This document shows, one piece after another, positions 10,156 through 19,896 of a stretch of 64,000 bases of DNA (the stretch's first letter is position 1; each line of letters begins with the position of its first letter). This stretch comes from an uncultured Gammaproteobacteria bacterium. GTDB lineage: Bacteria > Pseudomonadota > Gammaproteobacteria > JACCXJ01. Location of the stretch: NCBI GenBank assembly GCA_963764725.1, contig CAVXTM010000016.1, positions 224,001 through 288,000 on the forward strand. Reading direction: 5' to 3'. Below the pieces are notes generated by a model. It saw only the letters and a list, made by a program, of their open reading frames with translations, was not told the DNA's origin and searched no databases. The position numbers were made by a program, and so were the translations under genes.

Positions 10156-11617
10156 ATGAAAGTCCATGTAAAGCGCCTGCCGATCGAGCTCGAGCCGGAT
10201 TCGAGCCGCGTCATCACCCGGTTCTTTGGACCGGGAGAGGAGAACCGGATCCGCGACATTATCGGGCGGTTGCTCGCGATTCCCGAAGCGACCGTCGCGA
10301 CCCTGCTGGCCAACCTCGAGCGCGACTTCCGGCCGATCCACTCGAACATCGACGACATCTTTCGCGAGCACTATGCGACCGTCAAACATCACATTGCAAA
10401 CCAGGGTGCGGTCAGCGAGGTGCGACAGCGGTTCATCGGCGCCTGCTTCACCATGGAGTATGCGATCGAGTCAGCCGCCTTGTTCAATCCGTCGATGGTC
10501 CCGGCCATCGACCAATCCAACGTGCCGCCGGGGTCGGTTCGCTTCCTCATGAGTCTGCGCGCAACCGGCGAGGGGCATCTTTCATCCATTGTCTTTCGGC
10601 GGGGCCTGGTCGATGCGGATGGCTCGGTCACCGTTGACCCGCCCGGCCGGTACAGCCGGCCGCTCCGGGCGACCATTCCGGACTCATTTCGAAAAGGCTG
10701 ACTTCATTCGGCAATTGCAAGCGCTCGATGCGTGGACCAAACACGCACAGGCGATCTTAGGCCGGCTTGGCGACCGATTTACGCGGGCCGAGCTTTCCAG
10801 CGCCATCGACGAAATCCGGAAACAGGCGGCGGTCTCGGGCGAGTCGGAGGAATCCAACGATGCTCTGCTCGCCCTGACCCAGGCGAACTACCAGATTCCA
10901 CTGCCGCCAGGCACAGATATTTCCGAGGTCGTCATCTTCCCGTATTCCGATAACGAACGACGCGGAATTGAGGATCTGCGACTCGTCCGCTTTACCGGCG
11001 ACGACGGATCGGTTCACTACTACGGGACCTACACCGCCTACAACGGTTTTCGAATCTTTCCCCACCTGCTCGAGTATCCAGTCGGCCAGAACGTCGAGAT
11101 CCACATGCTCACCGGTCGTTGTGCGAAGAACAAGGGAATGGCCTTGTTTCCGCGAACGATTCGCGGCCGGTATGCGATGATCGCCCGGCTGGACAACGAG
11201 AACCTCTACTACATGGAGTCGGACGATGTGCGCGTCTGGGACGAGGCCCGGCTGTTGCGCGGCCCGGAATTCCCATGGGAGGTGATCCAGATCGGCAATT
11301 GCGGCCCGCCGATCGAGACCGAGGCGGGATGGCTGCTCTTGACCCACGGCGTTGGCCCGATGCGCCAATACTGCATCGGCGCAATCCTGCTGGACCTGGA
11401 CGATCCCTGCCGGGTGATCGGCCAAACCAGCGAGCCCCTGCTCGTTCCAACCGGAAAGGAGAGATTCGGTTATGTCCCAAACGTCGTCTACTCGTGTGGC
11501 GGAATGATCCATGCGGGCAAGTTGATACTTCCTTACGCGATGAGCGACTTGGCGACCAGCATCGCCGTCATCGACCTGCAGGAGTTGCTGGATTCCCTCG
11601 CATCGCAGAGGCGGTGA
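10156..11617 (+). CDS. Glycoside hydrolase family 130 (beta-mannoside phosphorylase-like) protein, frameshift near 10697
   Basis: EYAIESAALFNPS and SLRATGEGHLSSI (ORF 10156..10701); GIEDLR, YYGTYTAYNG, KNKGMALFPR, QIGNCG and GYVPNVVYSCG (ORF 10589..11617); the break falls in an A-run. Confidence 0.85.
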
Positions 11618-11888
11618 ACTGTGAATATTTATCCAGGCGACGTCTACAAGCCGCGCATGTATGCGCTGGCCCCGGACGAGGCCGCGGCGACGAGGACTGC
11701 CGGGATGCTGTTCCGCCGGGGATTCGCCTATGTCGGCCGCGCCGCGGACAACCCCGGCCAAAAGGGCGGCTTCGCCGTTTCCACAGGGGGGAGAGAATTC
11801 GTGGCCGAGGCGCCGCCTACGCCGCCCAGGACGGCCTCGCCCCTTCCCCAGCCGCCCTGAAATAGTAAAATTCTCCAAAAGGATCCCC

Positions 11889-13283
11889 GTGACGGCCCCC
11901 AATACCTCCATCCGCCTCTCCCACCCCCTCGTCCTCCAACCCGTGGAGAGCCCCAAGTCTTGGGGAGGGGAAACCTGGCTCAACGCCACCCAAAAGGACG
12001 GCCCCGCGCGGGTGGCGAACCTCCCCGGCGCGCCCACCCTGGCCGAAACGGTCAAAAACCGGCCTGAAATCCTGGGAAAATGGGCCCGCCTGCTGTTCGG
12101 GGATGACGTGCCCATCTTCACCAAGTTTTTGTATACAAACTTCCCGCCGCTCGTCCATATGGGATTCTGCAATCAATTGAATAAAAAAGATTTTTTTAGT
12201 CTTCTTGAAGTAGAGCAGGATATCCTCCGCCGGCTGTATTCTTTCCTCAAAATCGGGGATGAAGCGGCTTTCAAAAGCTTCCAAAAGCTTTACGAAGTTT
12301 GGGCGGTGGACCAATCCCTCAAACGCTGGCGCGATCCCGGCCGGGACAAGCCGTTTTTGGCCGCCCTTGCCCCATTCCTGCGTCCCGGGGCGCCCGCCGA
12401 CATGCCCCGCCTCCTGGAATCCCTGCGGGAGAACCGCGCCCGCATCGTGGAGGCCCTCAACGAAGTGGATTTGACCCGGGAGATAGGGAACCTCCTGCTT
12501 TCCGAGGCGGGGATCGCCCACGCCATCTTCGGCCTGTCCCACCAGACGCACCCCTTGGACGGCGCCAAACGGGCCTTGCAGGGCCTGTTCCGTACGTTAG
12601 GCGAGCTTTCCAAGCAAGGCGCGCCGGAAAGCGTCCTAAAAAAGGCCGTCCGGGAAGCCAGCCTGCCGGAACTGCGCCGGAAAAACGCCGGCGACCCCAA
12701 GAGCGAGGCCTGGATCCCGGTTCGTCTGAACGGGCGCCTGGCCCTGGTGGAGCCCCAACAGACCTCCAACGTCACCTATAGCTTCGCGGACTTCTATACG
12801 CCCTTCACGTGGAAGAACGGCGTCGCCTTCCGCAAAGGGGACGCGGCCCAAGGCGTGGCGCGCGCGGACCTGGAGGCTTTCACTAACTCCATTGATTTTT
12901 CCGTCACGCCCGTCGATGGATTGCGGCGCAAGCCCGTTTCGGTGGACGCGGGGAAGGACGCCAAAAATGCCGCTCTGTTCCGGCTTGTGGACGAGCCCGA
13001 AACGTGGCCGTTTTTTACGACCTATCGGTTGGATCTCCAGGGGTCCGCCGCCGCCGAGGCTTCTTGGAAAGGCCGGCCGTCCCGCGGCGCGTTCCAGCAA
13101 ATCGTCGTGGTGGAGGGGGAGATTGCCTTATCCCATGCCGGTTTTGAGGAGACCCAATTGACTCCGAACGTTCCGGTGTTCGTCCCGGCCACTCTCGACG
13201 GGGATTACACTCTGTCGGCGCGGGGGCCGGCGAGTCTCCTGCTGTTCAGCGTCCCGGTGCCCAAAACTGGAGAGGAGGCCTAG
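11889..13283 (+). CDS. Type I mannose-6-phosphate isomerase-like cupin protein with unusual motif order
   Basis: LQPVESPKSWGG, IFTKFL, AGIAHAI, SHQTHP, PKSEAW and EPQQTSNVTY; directly upstream of a phosphomannomutase; GTG start at 11889 is inferred. Confidence 0.7.
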   Translation: MTAPNTSIRLSHPLVLQPVESPKSWGGETWLNATQKDGPARVANLPGAPTLAETVKNRPEILGKWARLLFGDDVPIFTKFLYTNFPPLVHMGFCNQLNKKDFFSLLEVEQDILRRLYSFLKIGDEAAFKSFQKLYEVWAVDQSLKRWRDPGRDKPFLAALAPFLRPGAPADMPRLLESLRENRARIVEALNEVDLTREIGNLLLSEAGIAHAIFGLSHQTHPLDGAKRALQGLFRTLGELSKQGAPESVLKKAVREASLPELRRKNAGDPKSEAWIPVRLNGRLALVEPQQTSNVTYSFADFYTPFTWKNGVAFRKGDAAQGVARADLEAFTNSIDFSVTPVDGLRRKPVSVDAGKDAKNAALFRLVDEPETWPFFTTYRLDLQGSAAAEASWKGRPSRGAFQQIVVVEGEIALSHAGFEETQLTPNVPVFVPATLDGDYTLSARGPASLLLFSVPVPKTGEEA

Positions 13284-13284
13284 G

Positions 13285-14982
13285 ATGGATTCCTCCCCCC
13301 GGCCCCCGGCGTTCCTGAGCTATACCCCCGTGCCGCTGCAGTTCGGCACCAGCGGCCTCCGAGCCCTCGTCAAAGACATCACGGACCTGGAAGCGTACAT
13401 CAACGCCAAAGGTTTTGTCCGCTACGCCCTGCGCGCGGCCGACGTGAAGCCGGGCGACACGGTGGTCCTAGCCGGCGACCTCAGGCCCAGCACGGACCGC
13501 ATCCTGGCCGCCGTGGCCACGGCCGCGCGCGATGCGGGCTTGAGCGTGGAATACGCGGGCAGGATCCCCACCCCGGCCTTGACCTACTACGCCATGCGAA
13601 CGGGCCGCGCCAGCGTCATGGTGACGGGCAGCCACATCCCCTTCGACCGGAACGGGATCAAATTTAACAAGACGCGGGGCGAGGTGCTCAAGGCGGACGA
13701 GGCGGGCATTTTGGAGGAGGTGGCCGCGGTGCGGCGCGAGGAGTACGGCCGGAACGGGGAGGAATCCGCCTTCGACGCGGCCGGCACGGTAAAGCCGGGG
13801 CGACGCGCGCCCCTGCCCCCGCTTAACGCGGAAGCCGAAGAGTCTTACGTCCGGCGCTATCTCGATGCTTTTCCCAAGGACTGCCTGAAGGGCCGGCGGA
13901 TCGCGGTTTACCAGCATTCGGCGGTGGGACGGGACGCGCTCGTCCGCATCTTCAAAGCCCTGGGCGCCGACGCGGTCCCGGCGGGGCGCAGCGACACCTT
14001 CATCCCCATCGACACGGAGAACATCACCGACGAGCAACTGGACCGCCTGGAGGCCCTGGCCAAAGAAGCGGGAGGCCCCGTGGAAGCCGTGGTCTCCACC
14101 GACGGCGACAGCGACCGGCCCCTGCTGGCGGCCGTGGACCGCGCGCCCGACGCCCGCGGCCGGCGCGTCCGATTCTACGGCGGCGACCTCCTGGGCGCGG
14201 TGGTGTCGGACTTCCTGGCGGCGGACCTCTGCGTCACGCCGGTCAGCGCCAACGACGCGGTGGAACTGGACTTGGCGCGGCGCGGCGTCCGCCTTCTCAA
14301 GACCCGCATCGGTTCGCCCTACGTCATCCAGGCCATGGAGGAATCCAAGGCCGGGGGCGGCTATGCGCGGATCACCGCCTGGGAAGCCAACGGTGGGTTC
14401 CTCACCGGCACGGACATCGCCCTGCCCGGCGGGGTTTTGAAAGCCCTGCCGACCCGCGATGCGGTGCTGCCTCTCCTCGCCGCGCTCCTGGCCGCCTGGG
14501 GCAAGGGCCTCACGCTGCCGGACCGCTTCGCGCAGCTTCCGCCCCGCTTCAGTAAAGCCGGGCTGCTGGACAATTTTCCCGTGGAGACCAGCCGGAAAAT
14601 CGTCTCGCGTTTTTCCATCCCCGGCGGCGCCGCGGACGAAGCGGCCTTTGAGGGGGGGAACGTCCTGCTCGCCGGCAAGGACGGCGCCAAGCGCCCCGCG
14701 CCGACGGATGCGGCCAACGCCTTGAAGGAATCCAAACGCGTCCTGGAATCCGTCTTCTCCCCGGCGCGCGGGTTCGACGGCCTCGTCCGGCTCAACGCGG
14801 TGGACGGCATCCGCCTTTACTTCGCCAACGGGGACATCGCCCACGTGCGTCCTTCAGGCAACGCGCCCCAGCTCCGCGTCTACGCTGTGAGCCGCAACCA
14901 GGCCCGGGCGGATGAAATCGTCCGCCTCGGACTGACCGAGCCCGACGGGCTGCTGCGCCGCCTCGCCCAAGCCGCCGGCTGA
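13285..14982 (+). CDS. Phosphomannomutase/phosphoglucomutase
   Basis: FGTSGLR, phosphoserine loop TGSHIP...NGIK, metal loop DGDSDR, WEANGG and RPSGNAP. Confidence 0.92.
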   Translation: MDSSPRPPAFLSYTPVPLQFGTSGLRALVKDITDLEAYINAKGFVRYALRAADVKPGDTVVLAGDLRPSTDRILAAVATAARDAGLSVEYAGRIPTPALTYYAMRTGRASVMVTGSHIPFDRNGIKFNKTRGEVLKADEAGILEEVAAVRREEYGRNGEESAFDAAGTVKPGRRAPLPPLNAEAEESYVRRYLDAFPKDCLKGRRIAVYQHSAVGRDALVRIFKALGADAVPAGRSDTFIPIDTENITDEQLDRLEALAKEAGGPVEAVVSTDGDSDRPLLAAVDRAPDARGRRVRFYGGDLLGAVVSDFLAADLCVTPVSANDAVELDLARRGVRLLKTRIGSPYVIQAMEESKAGGGYARITAWEANGGFLTGTDIALPGGVLKALPTRDAVLPLLAALLAAWGKGLTLPDRFAQLPPRFSKAGLLDNFPVETSRKIVSRFSIPGGAADEAAFEGGNVLLAGKDGAKRPAPTDAANALKESKRVLESVFSPARGFDGLVRLNAVDGIRLYFANGDIAHVRPSGNAPQLRVYAVSRNQARADEIVRLGLTEPDGLLRRLAQAAG

Positions 14983-15003
14983 GCTTCTCCATTTCCCGCC
15001 GAT

Positions 15004-15037
15004 AAAAAACCCGCGGCCGTTCGGTCTGCGGGTTTTT
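15004..15037 (+). terminator. Intrinsic terminator, possibly bidirectional
   Basis: aaaaaacccgcggccg-ttc-ggtctgcgggttttt hairpin with A and T tails, just after the PMM stop. Confidence 0.8.
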
Positions 15038-15098
15038 GTCGTCATAGGTTGTGCGGCAATCCAGTCGGACGCCATCTGGTGGTCGATTGTTCGAGGGA

Positions 15099-15343
15099 AT
15101 GCGCCCGCTCCTGATCGTGATGATGCTGGGTAACTTTCTCCAGATCGTGATCTGGTGAGCTATTGTCATCTGGTTGGAGGAGTTCTACGAGCTATATGAG
15201 GCTGTCTTCCATTCGGCAGTGAATTTCACATCACTTGGCTATGGCGACGTGGTGATGAGCCCCCGATGGAAGTTGCTGGGTCCCCTCGAGGCAGCCAATG
15301 AGATACTAATGTTAGCAATCACGGGGGCGGCTTTATGGCGATC
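15099..15343 (+). pseudogene. Two-TM potassium-channel-domain protein fragment
   Basis: HSAVNFTSLGYGDVV pore motif and LLGPLEAAN; an in-frame TGA near 15156; the 3' end is cut by the repeat element. Confidence 0.7.
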
Positions 15344-15716
15344 GTCTTCGCAGCGGGCAGTCAACCTCTGGTGGTCGAATCGCGCCATGGCGAGATTAGG
15401 CCACGGCCCGAGCGTCAAACGACAGGACTAGCTGCCCGGATCACAGCGTTGGCCCTTCTCGATGAACCCTTGAGGTGACAGTTGCCTTTATCGCTTAGCG
15501 CAACGCTGGGGTATGGGTGCGAGCATTACCGCCACGGCCCGAGCGGACGCTCACACGCAGGCGGGTACCGTGATGATGCGATGCCGAGCAAGGTGCGAGG
15601 ATCTGCAAGCACGTCAAGACAAGGATGGCAAGGTGCTGAGCCGCAGGATGCGTTCGGTGCTCGAAGAGGTCTCCATAGGCCCCTCCGTGGTTCCACGAAG
15701 CTCAACCGCCGTAACC
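15344..15716. mobile_element. 373-bp structured, apparently non-coding repeat element (putative non-autonomous mobile element or ncRNA)
   Basis: Second copy at 6293-6489; internal 15-bp direct repeat gccacggcccgagcg (15400-15414 and 15531-15545); stems cgggcag/ctgcccg and cagcgttg/caacgctg; interrupts the genes on both sides. Confidence 0.6.
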
Positions 15717-16878
15717 CCCGACTAGCGCTGCCGGAGCGTACGGTGCGAAAACCGAGATGATTGGTCCCGGTGCTGATTTCCCCTTTGCCGCGGGTTCCCA
15801 CCATGTAGCGCGAGCAGTACTGGTCGGTGCAGAGGAACGACCCGCCGCGATGCACGCGCTTTTTCTCCGTCGGCTCCGACGGGTCGTAGGGCGAGTCTGG
15901 GCCCTTCGGATTGCGCACGACACCGCCAGCCGCCACCAGTTGCGCGTAGTAATCGGGCCGATACCAGTCGCTCGTCCACTCCCACACGTTCCCGCCCACG
16001 TCATAGATCCCGTACCCATTGGCGGCAAACTGCGCTACCGGCGCGATGCCTAAGAACTTATCCGCGCCCGTGTCCTGGTTCGGGAAGTGCCCTTGATGGA
16101 TATTGGCCATCCACTTGCCGCCTTTCATAAACTCATCGCCCCAAGGAAACACTTTGCCGCTCAGGCCGCCGCGCGCCGCAAACTCCCACTCCGCCTCGGT
16201 GGGCAACCGCTTGCCTGCCCACCGGGCGTAGGAAACGGTGTCTTCGTAGGCGATGTGCACAACGGGGTAGTTTTCCCGGCCCTTTAGATCGCTCCTAGGT
16301 CCGAGCGGATGGCGCCAGTCCGCGCCTTTGACATAGCTCCACCACTGGAAATGATCGTTGAGCGGGACGGCATGATCCGGGGGTGAAAAAACCACCGAAC
16401 CCGCCACCAGGTTTTCGGGCGGCGCGCCGGGATAATCCTCGGCCTTTGGTGTGCGCTCAGCGACAGTGACGTAGCCGGTCGCCTTCACGAATTTCTCAAA
16501 CTGCTCGTTGGTTACTTCAGTTTTGTCCATCCAGAAGCCATCGACATAGACGCGATGGATCGGGCGGGAGTCCGTGGTCGCCTGCATACCGACGTCGTTC
16601 ATCCCCGGCGGATCCGCCGCCCCCATGGAGAATTCGCCGCCGGGGATCCAGACCATGCCGTCGGGTGCCGGGCCGGGCGGTGGAGCGGTGTTGGCCGCGG
16701 TGGGTTGGAAAGAGAGCGACGTCATGGGCCGGGCACCGGACGCTGGGCTGCGTCCAGGGCCCAACCCAACCCTTGAGTCATTAGGAGCACCGCCAGGATC
16801 ACGCCGATCCGCATAGTGTTCGCACGTCCAACAGACGGCTGATGACGACTCTTCAGCGGCGCTGTGGCCATAGACCAT
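15526..16878 (-). CDS. Formylglycine-generating enzyme (FGE-sulfatase) family protein; C-terminus reads into the repeat element
   Basis: GMVWIPGGEFSMG, EVTNEQF, RLPTEAEWEFAARGG, GNVWEW, RGGSFLC and NHLGFR. A signal-peptide-like frame from ATG 16814 (MRIGVILAVLLMTQGLGWA) suggests the true 5' end is frameshifted. Confidence 0.85.
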   Translation of the reverse strand: MVYGHSAAEESSSAVCWTCEHYADRRDPGGAPNDSRVGLGPGRSPASGARPMTSLSFQPTAANTAPPPGPAPDGMVWIPGGEFSMGAADPPGMNDVGMQATTDSRPIHRVYVDGFWMDKTEVTNEQFEKFVKATGYVTVAERTPKAEDYPGAPPENLVAGSVVFSPPDHAVPLNDHFQWWSYVKGADWRHPLGPRSDLKGRENYPVVHIAYEDTVSYARWAGKRLPTEAEWEFAARGGLSGKVFPWGDEFMKGGKWMANIHQGHFPNQDTGADKFLGIAPVAQFAANGYGIYDVGGNVWEWTSDWYRPDYYAQLVAAGGVVRNPKGPDSPYDPSEPTEKKRVHRGGSFLCTDQYCSRYMVGTRGKGEISTGTNHLGFRTVRSGSASRGLRRLSFVEPRRGLWRPLRAPNASCGSAPCHPCLDVLADPRTLLGIASSRYPPACERPLGPWR

Positions 16879-16955
16879 TCCTCGCCTGACAGTTTAGCAA
16901 TTGACCATCGCTCACGGGATGACGAGGCCGTGCTCCTGTCAAAAGCCGGATCGCG

Positions 16956-18209
16956 TCAGGCTGAAACATTGCTAGTAGCGGGGCGATCCGGCGCCGGTTC
17001 CAGCATGCGTGGCGCAAAGCGCTGCGTCAGTACTGGCCCCAGGATGGACGTGACCAGCACCATGATGAGAACGCCGTTGAGCATGCGGCTGTCGAGCAGC
17101 GGCTGACCGGAGGCATTGAAAGTCCTGTACGCGACGAGCGTCGCCGCGAGCGTCGCCGCGACCTGCGGCAGCGTGAGCGACCACACCGTCTTGCGCGCTG
17201 CTGGGGCGTAGCCGAAGGCACGCCCGCAAAACTCCGCCGCGATCCACTTGCCGGCAATGAGCGCACCGATGATGCCCGCCGCGAGGAAGAAATCGTCCGT
17301 GAGGCCACGGGCCAGCGCGAGCGGGTCGATCAGGAAGCCGGTCACGAAGAAGAAGGATGGTATGAACATGGCATTGGCTATAAATTCTAGCTTCGTCTTG
17401 GCCGGCTTATCTTTCACTGCCGCATTGACCGCCAAGCCGGCCAGGAACGTTCCGACGATGCCCGGCAGATTGATGAGCTGAGCAAGCAGCGCCGTCACTG
17501 CGAGAATGCCGAGCATCAGAATGAAATAGGTTTCCTCCTCATCCTCCACTTTCCTCAAGACGTATGCACCGGCACGGCTCAGCCCGAACAGTACGAGAGG
17601 GATGAACACGATGATTTCGATGACCTGGATGGCGAGCCCCGAAGCCGAAAAGCCACTGGCGTACAAAGGCACGCAAATGGCGAACACGAGCAGCGACAAG
17701 GTGTCCGATATCATCGTGGCGCCGATTGCGACAACGATGGGCTCGAGACGGTTCACCCCCAGTTTGGCCACGATGCTCGCACCGAGCAGCGTATGCGAGG
17801 CGAGCAGCGATCCCACAACGATTGCCGGCAGCAGGCCGTAGCCAAGCCAGAGGGCTGCCATCGTGCCCAGGAGCAATGGGACTGAAGTCGTAGCCACACC
17901 GAACACGATCGACCGGGAGATCTGTTGCCGAAACAGTGTCAGGTCTATTTCCAGTCCCGCGAAGAACATCAGCAACAGCATGCCCAGCTCGGAGAAGAAT
18001 TGCACAATCGGGTGCTGGGGAGGAAAAATGTCGAGCACGTGGGGCCCGAACACCACGCCGCTCAGCAGCAGCCCTACTGCCCCCGGCAGGCGGACGCGGC
18101 GCGCGAGTCGCGGAATGATGATGATCAGCAGCATGCCGATCGCAAACCTCGCCAGCGCCGGAAGAAATGCGATCGCCTGATGAAGGTGTTCAAGGACCGA
18201 CATGGTCAC
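16956..18209 (-). CDS. Cation:proton antiporter (CPA2 / Na+/H+ exchanger family)
   Basis: Many hydrophobic helices; LMFFAGLEID, LLASHTL and GTFLAGL. Confidence 0.85.
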   Translation of the reverse strand: MTMSVLEHLHQAIAFLPALARFAIGMLLIIIIPRLARRVRLPGAVGLLLSGVVFGPHVLDIFPPQHPIVQFFSELGMLLLMFFAGLEIDLTLFRQQISRSIVFGVATTSVPLLLGTMAALWLGYGLLPAIVVGSLLASHTLLGASIVAKLGVNRLEPIVVAIGATMISDTLSLLVFAICVPLYASGFSASGLAIQVIEIIVFIPLVLFGLSRAGAYVLRKVEDEEETYFILMLGILAVTALLAQLINLPGIVGTFLAGLAVNAAVKDKPAKTKLEFIANAMFIPSFFFVTGFLIDPLALARGLTDDFFLAAGIIGALIAGKWIAAEFCGRAFGYAPAARKTVWSLTLPQVAATLAATLVAYRTFNASGQPLLDSRMLNGVLIMVLVTSILGPVLTQRFAPRMLEPAPDRPATSNVSA

Positions 18210-18309
18210 TTTCCTGAATCGATCTGGTCTTCATCACACCAGTCGGGCTGAGACACGGTGCCCTCGGCGACCAACGCCTCGCGCCGCAAGCCAGCCACTC
18301 ATGGCGGTC

Positions 18310-19587
18310 TTAGAAATTTGCCATGAGCCTAAACCCCGTCACCACGTCCGTATCGACCACATCCAGGCTGGGCGAGAAGACTTGGAGGTCAGGCGTAAAA
18401 TGGAGCCATGGCGTCAATTCAAAGTTGTAGTAGATCTCCCCGCCGTAGCTGTCGTCCAACCTGCGGAGGATTCCTTGGAACTGGTCGGTGAGCTCGACGT
18501 AGTAGAACGCCGCGCCGAAACTGTCTCGCCCGCGCCCGGGAATGACCCCCTTACCGCCCACGCCGACGCTGTAGAAGCGCTCCACCGGGTTGGTTTCGTC
18601 ATCGGCGAAGCCCAGACGGCCGAAGAGGCCGACACCCCGGTCTTCGGGACCAGGCTCGGTGTACACATACTGGTCGAAGTTATAGTACACCGACCAGGAG
18701 CCGCTCTGCTGCTCGAGCGGAAACAAACCGGGCGCGACGATCTGGGCCAGGAACAAGCGCGGATCCTGATTGAGGGAGGTAAACTCCTTGGTGTTCCCGG
18801 TCGCCCCCAGGAGCTGATGTCCCGGGAGACCGAAGAAATCGGTCTTGATGCGCGTCTCCATCGCATAGGCCTGGCCATCATCGAAGGCATCGCCGAATTT
18901 TTCCGCTGTGCCACTGGGGCCGAGGACTGAAAACGTGACGCTGCCCCGCTTTTTCGGCAGTAGAAACGCCAACCCGCCGCCCAGGGTCGAGTAGGGTATG
19001 GTCTGGAGGATCACCGGGTTGAAGGCAAGATTTTGGTTCATGAACTGAGTCTGGCCTCGACCGCCGGCGAACTCATTCGTATCGCCTTGCGTAGCGGTGA
19101 TGGTCACCAACTTACCCCCAAAGACCCCGAACCAATCGGTAAAAAACTGGGTGAACTGCACGCTGCTCAGGGTCGTGATCTCGTCGTTCGGCACCGGAAA
19201 CAGAGCGTTGGTATTGACGGCCATGAGCGCACCCGTGCTGCTGCGGTTGACCCCAGGCCCAAATTGGCTCTCGGCGAATATCTTCAGAAAACCGCCGGGC
19301 CAGAGGCCCAGCTTGCCGAAGTCCACGTTGAAGTCGTATAACGCCTCGCCGTTGTATTCCCACGCGCTGTTGAGACCGCCCGCGGCTACGCCCTGGCCGG
19401 TCTGTACCAGGTCCACGTCCAAGGTCACGCCTTTCTTGCTCAAGTCATCGCGCCAACCGCCCCAATCCCCGGTAAGCGTAGATCGGGTCATCAGATCGCC
19501 GCCATAGGACTGCTCGGCACCGGGAGCCGCGCCGGCTATCGCCAAGAGTGTCAAGGCAGTCGAAAGCTTGGCTTTCATCGTCGTCAT
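18310..19587 (-). CDS. Carbohydrate-selective porin, OprB family
   Basis: Signal peptide; LTGDWGGWRDDL, KLGLWPGG, YYNFDQY and EIYYNFELTPWLHFTPDLQ; C-terminal Phe. Confidence 0.85.
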   Translation of the reverse strand: MTTMKAKLSTALTLLAIAGAAPGAEQSYGGDLMTRSTLTGDWGGWRDDLSKKGVTLDVDLVQTGQGVAAGGLNSAWEYNGEALYDFNVDFGKLGLWPGGFLKIFAESQFGPGVNRSSTGALMAVNTNALFPVPNDEITTLSSVQFTQFFTDWFGVFGGKLVTITATQGDTNEFAGGRGQTQFMNQNLAFNPVILQTIPYSTLGGGLAFLLPKKRGSVTFSVLGPSGTAEKFGDAFDDGQAYAMETRIKTDFFGLPGHQLLGATGNTKEFTSLNQDPRLFLAQIVAPGLFPLEQQSGSWSVYYNFDQYVYTEPGPEDRGVGLFGRLGFADDETNPVERFYSVGVGGKGVIPGRGRDSFGAAFYYVELTDQFQGILRRLDDSYGGEIYYNFELTPWLHFTPDLQVFSPSLDVVDTDVVTGFRLMANF

Positions 19588-19896
19588 AGTTCTCTCCTCC
19601 CGTCTTTCTGCTTTGAGCGGACGGCAAAGGATAGGAAAGTCAACGAGTCTGTGCAAGAGACACTGTTGCGTCGGACGGGCCCCAACCGGGAAGGAGCCAT
19701 GCTGTCGGATAATGGGTCGCTTGGTGATTTTTTGGTAGACATGCTATCTTTATATCCAACCATCCGCCGTGCGCGCCGAGTGGTTGTGGAAACGCTCGGC
19801 GGTCACAGGGGAGATGGCGTATCCTAGTCCCTGCCCGCTGAACTGCCTGCGGACAAGGGGGTGTTATCCTGTAAGAAACTTACGAGGAACAACGTC

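Noticed and set aside
10757-12172. 471-aa minus-strand ORF
   Set aside because: Antisense to the GH130 and PMI-like genes; a high-GC shadow ORF.
13468-14844. 458-aa minus-strand ORF
   Set aside because: Antisense shadow of the phosphomannomutase.
15703-15716. aaccgccgta resembling the start of group IIC intron domain V
   Set aside because: The sequence does not continue into the domain V hairpin in either copy.
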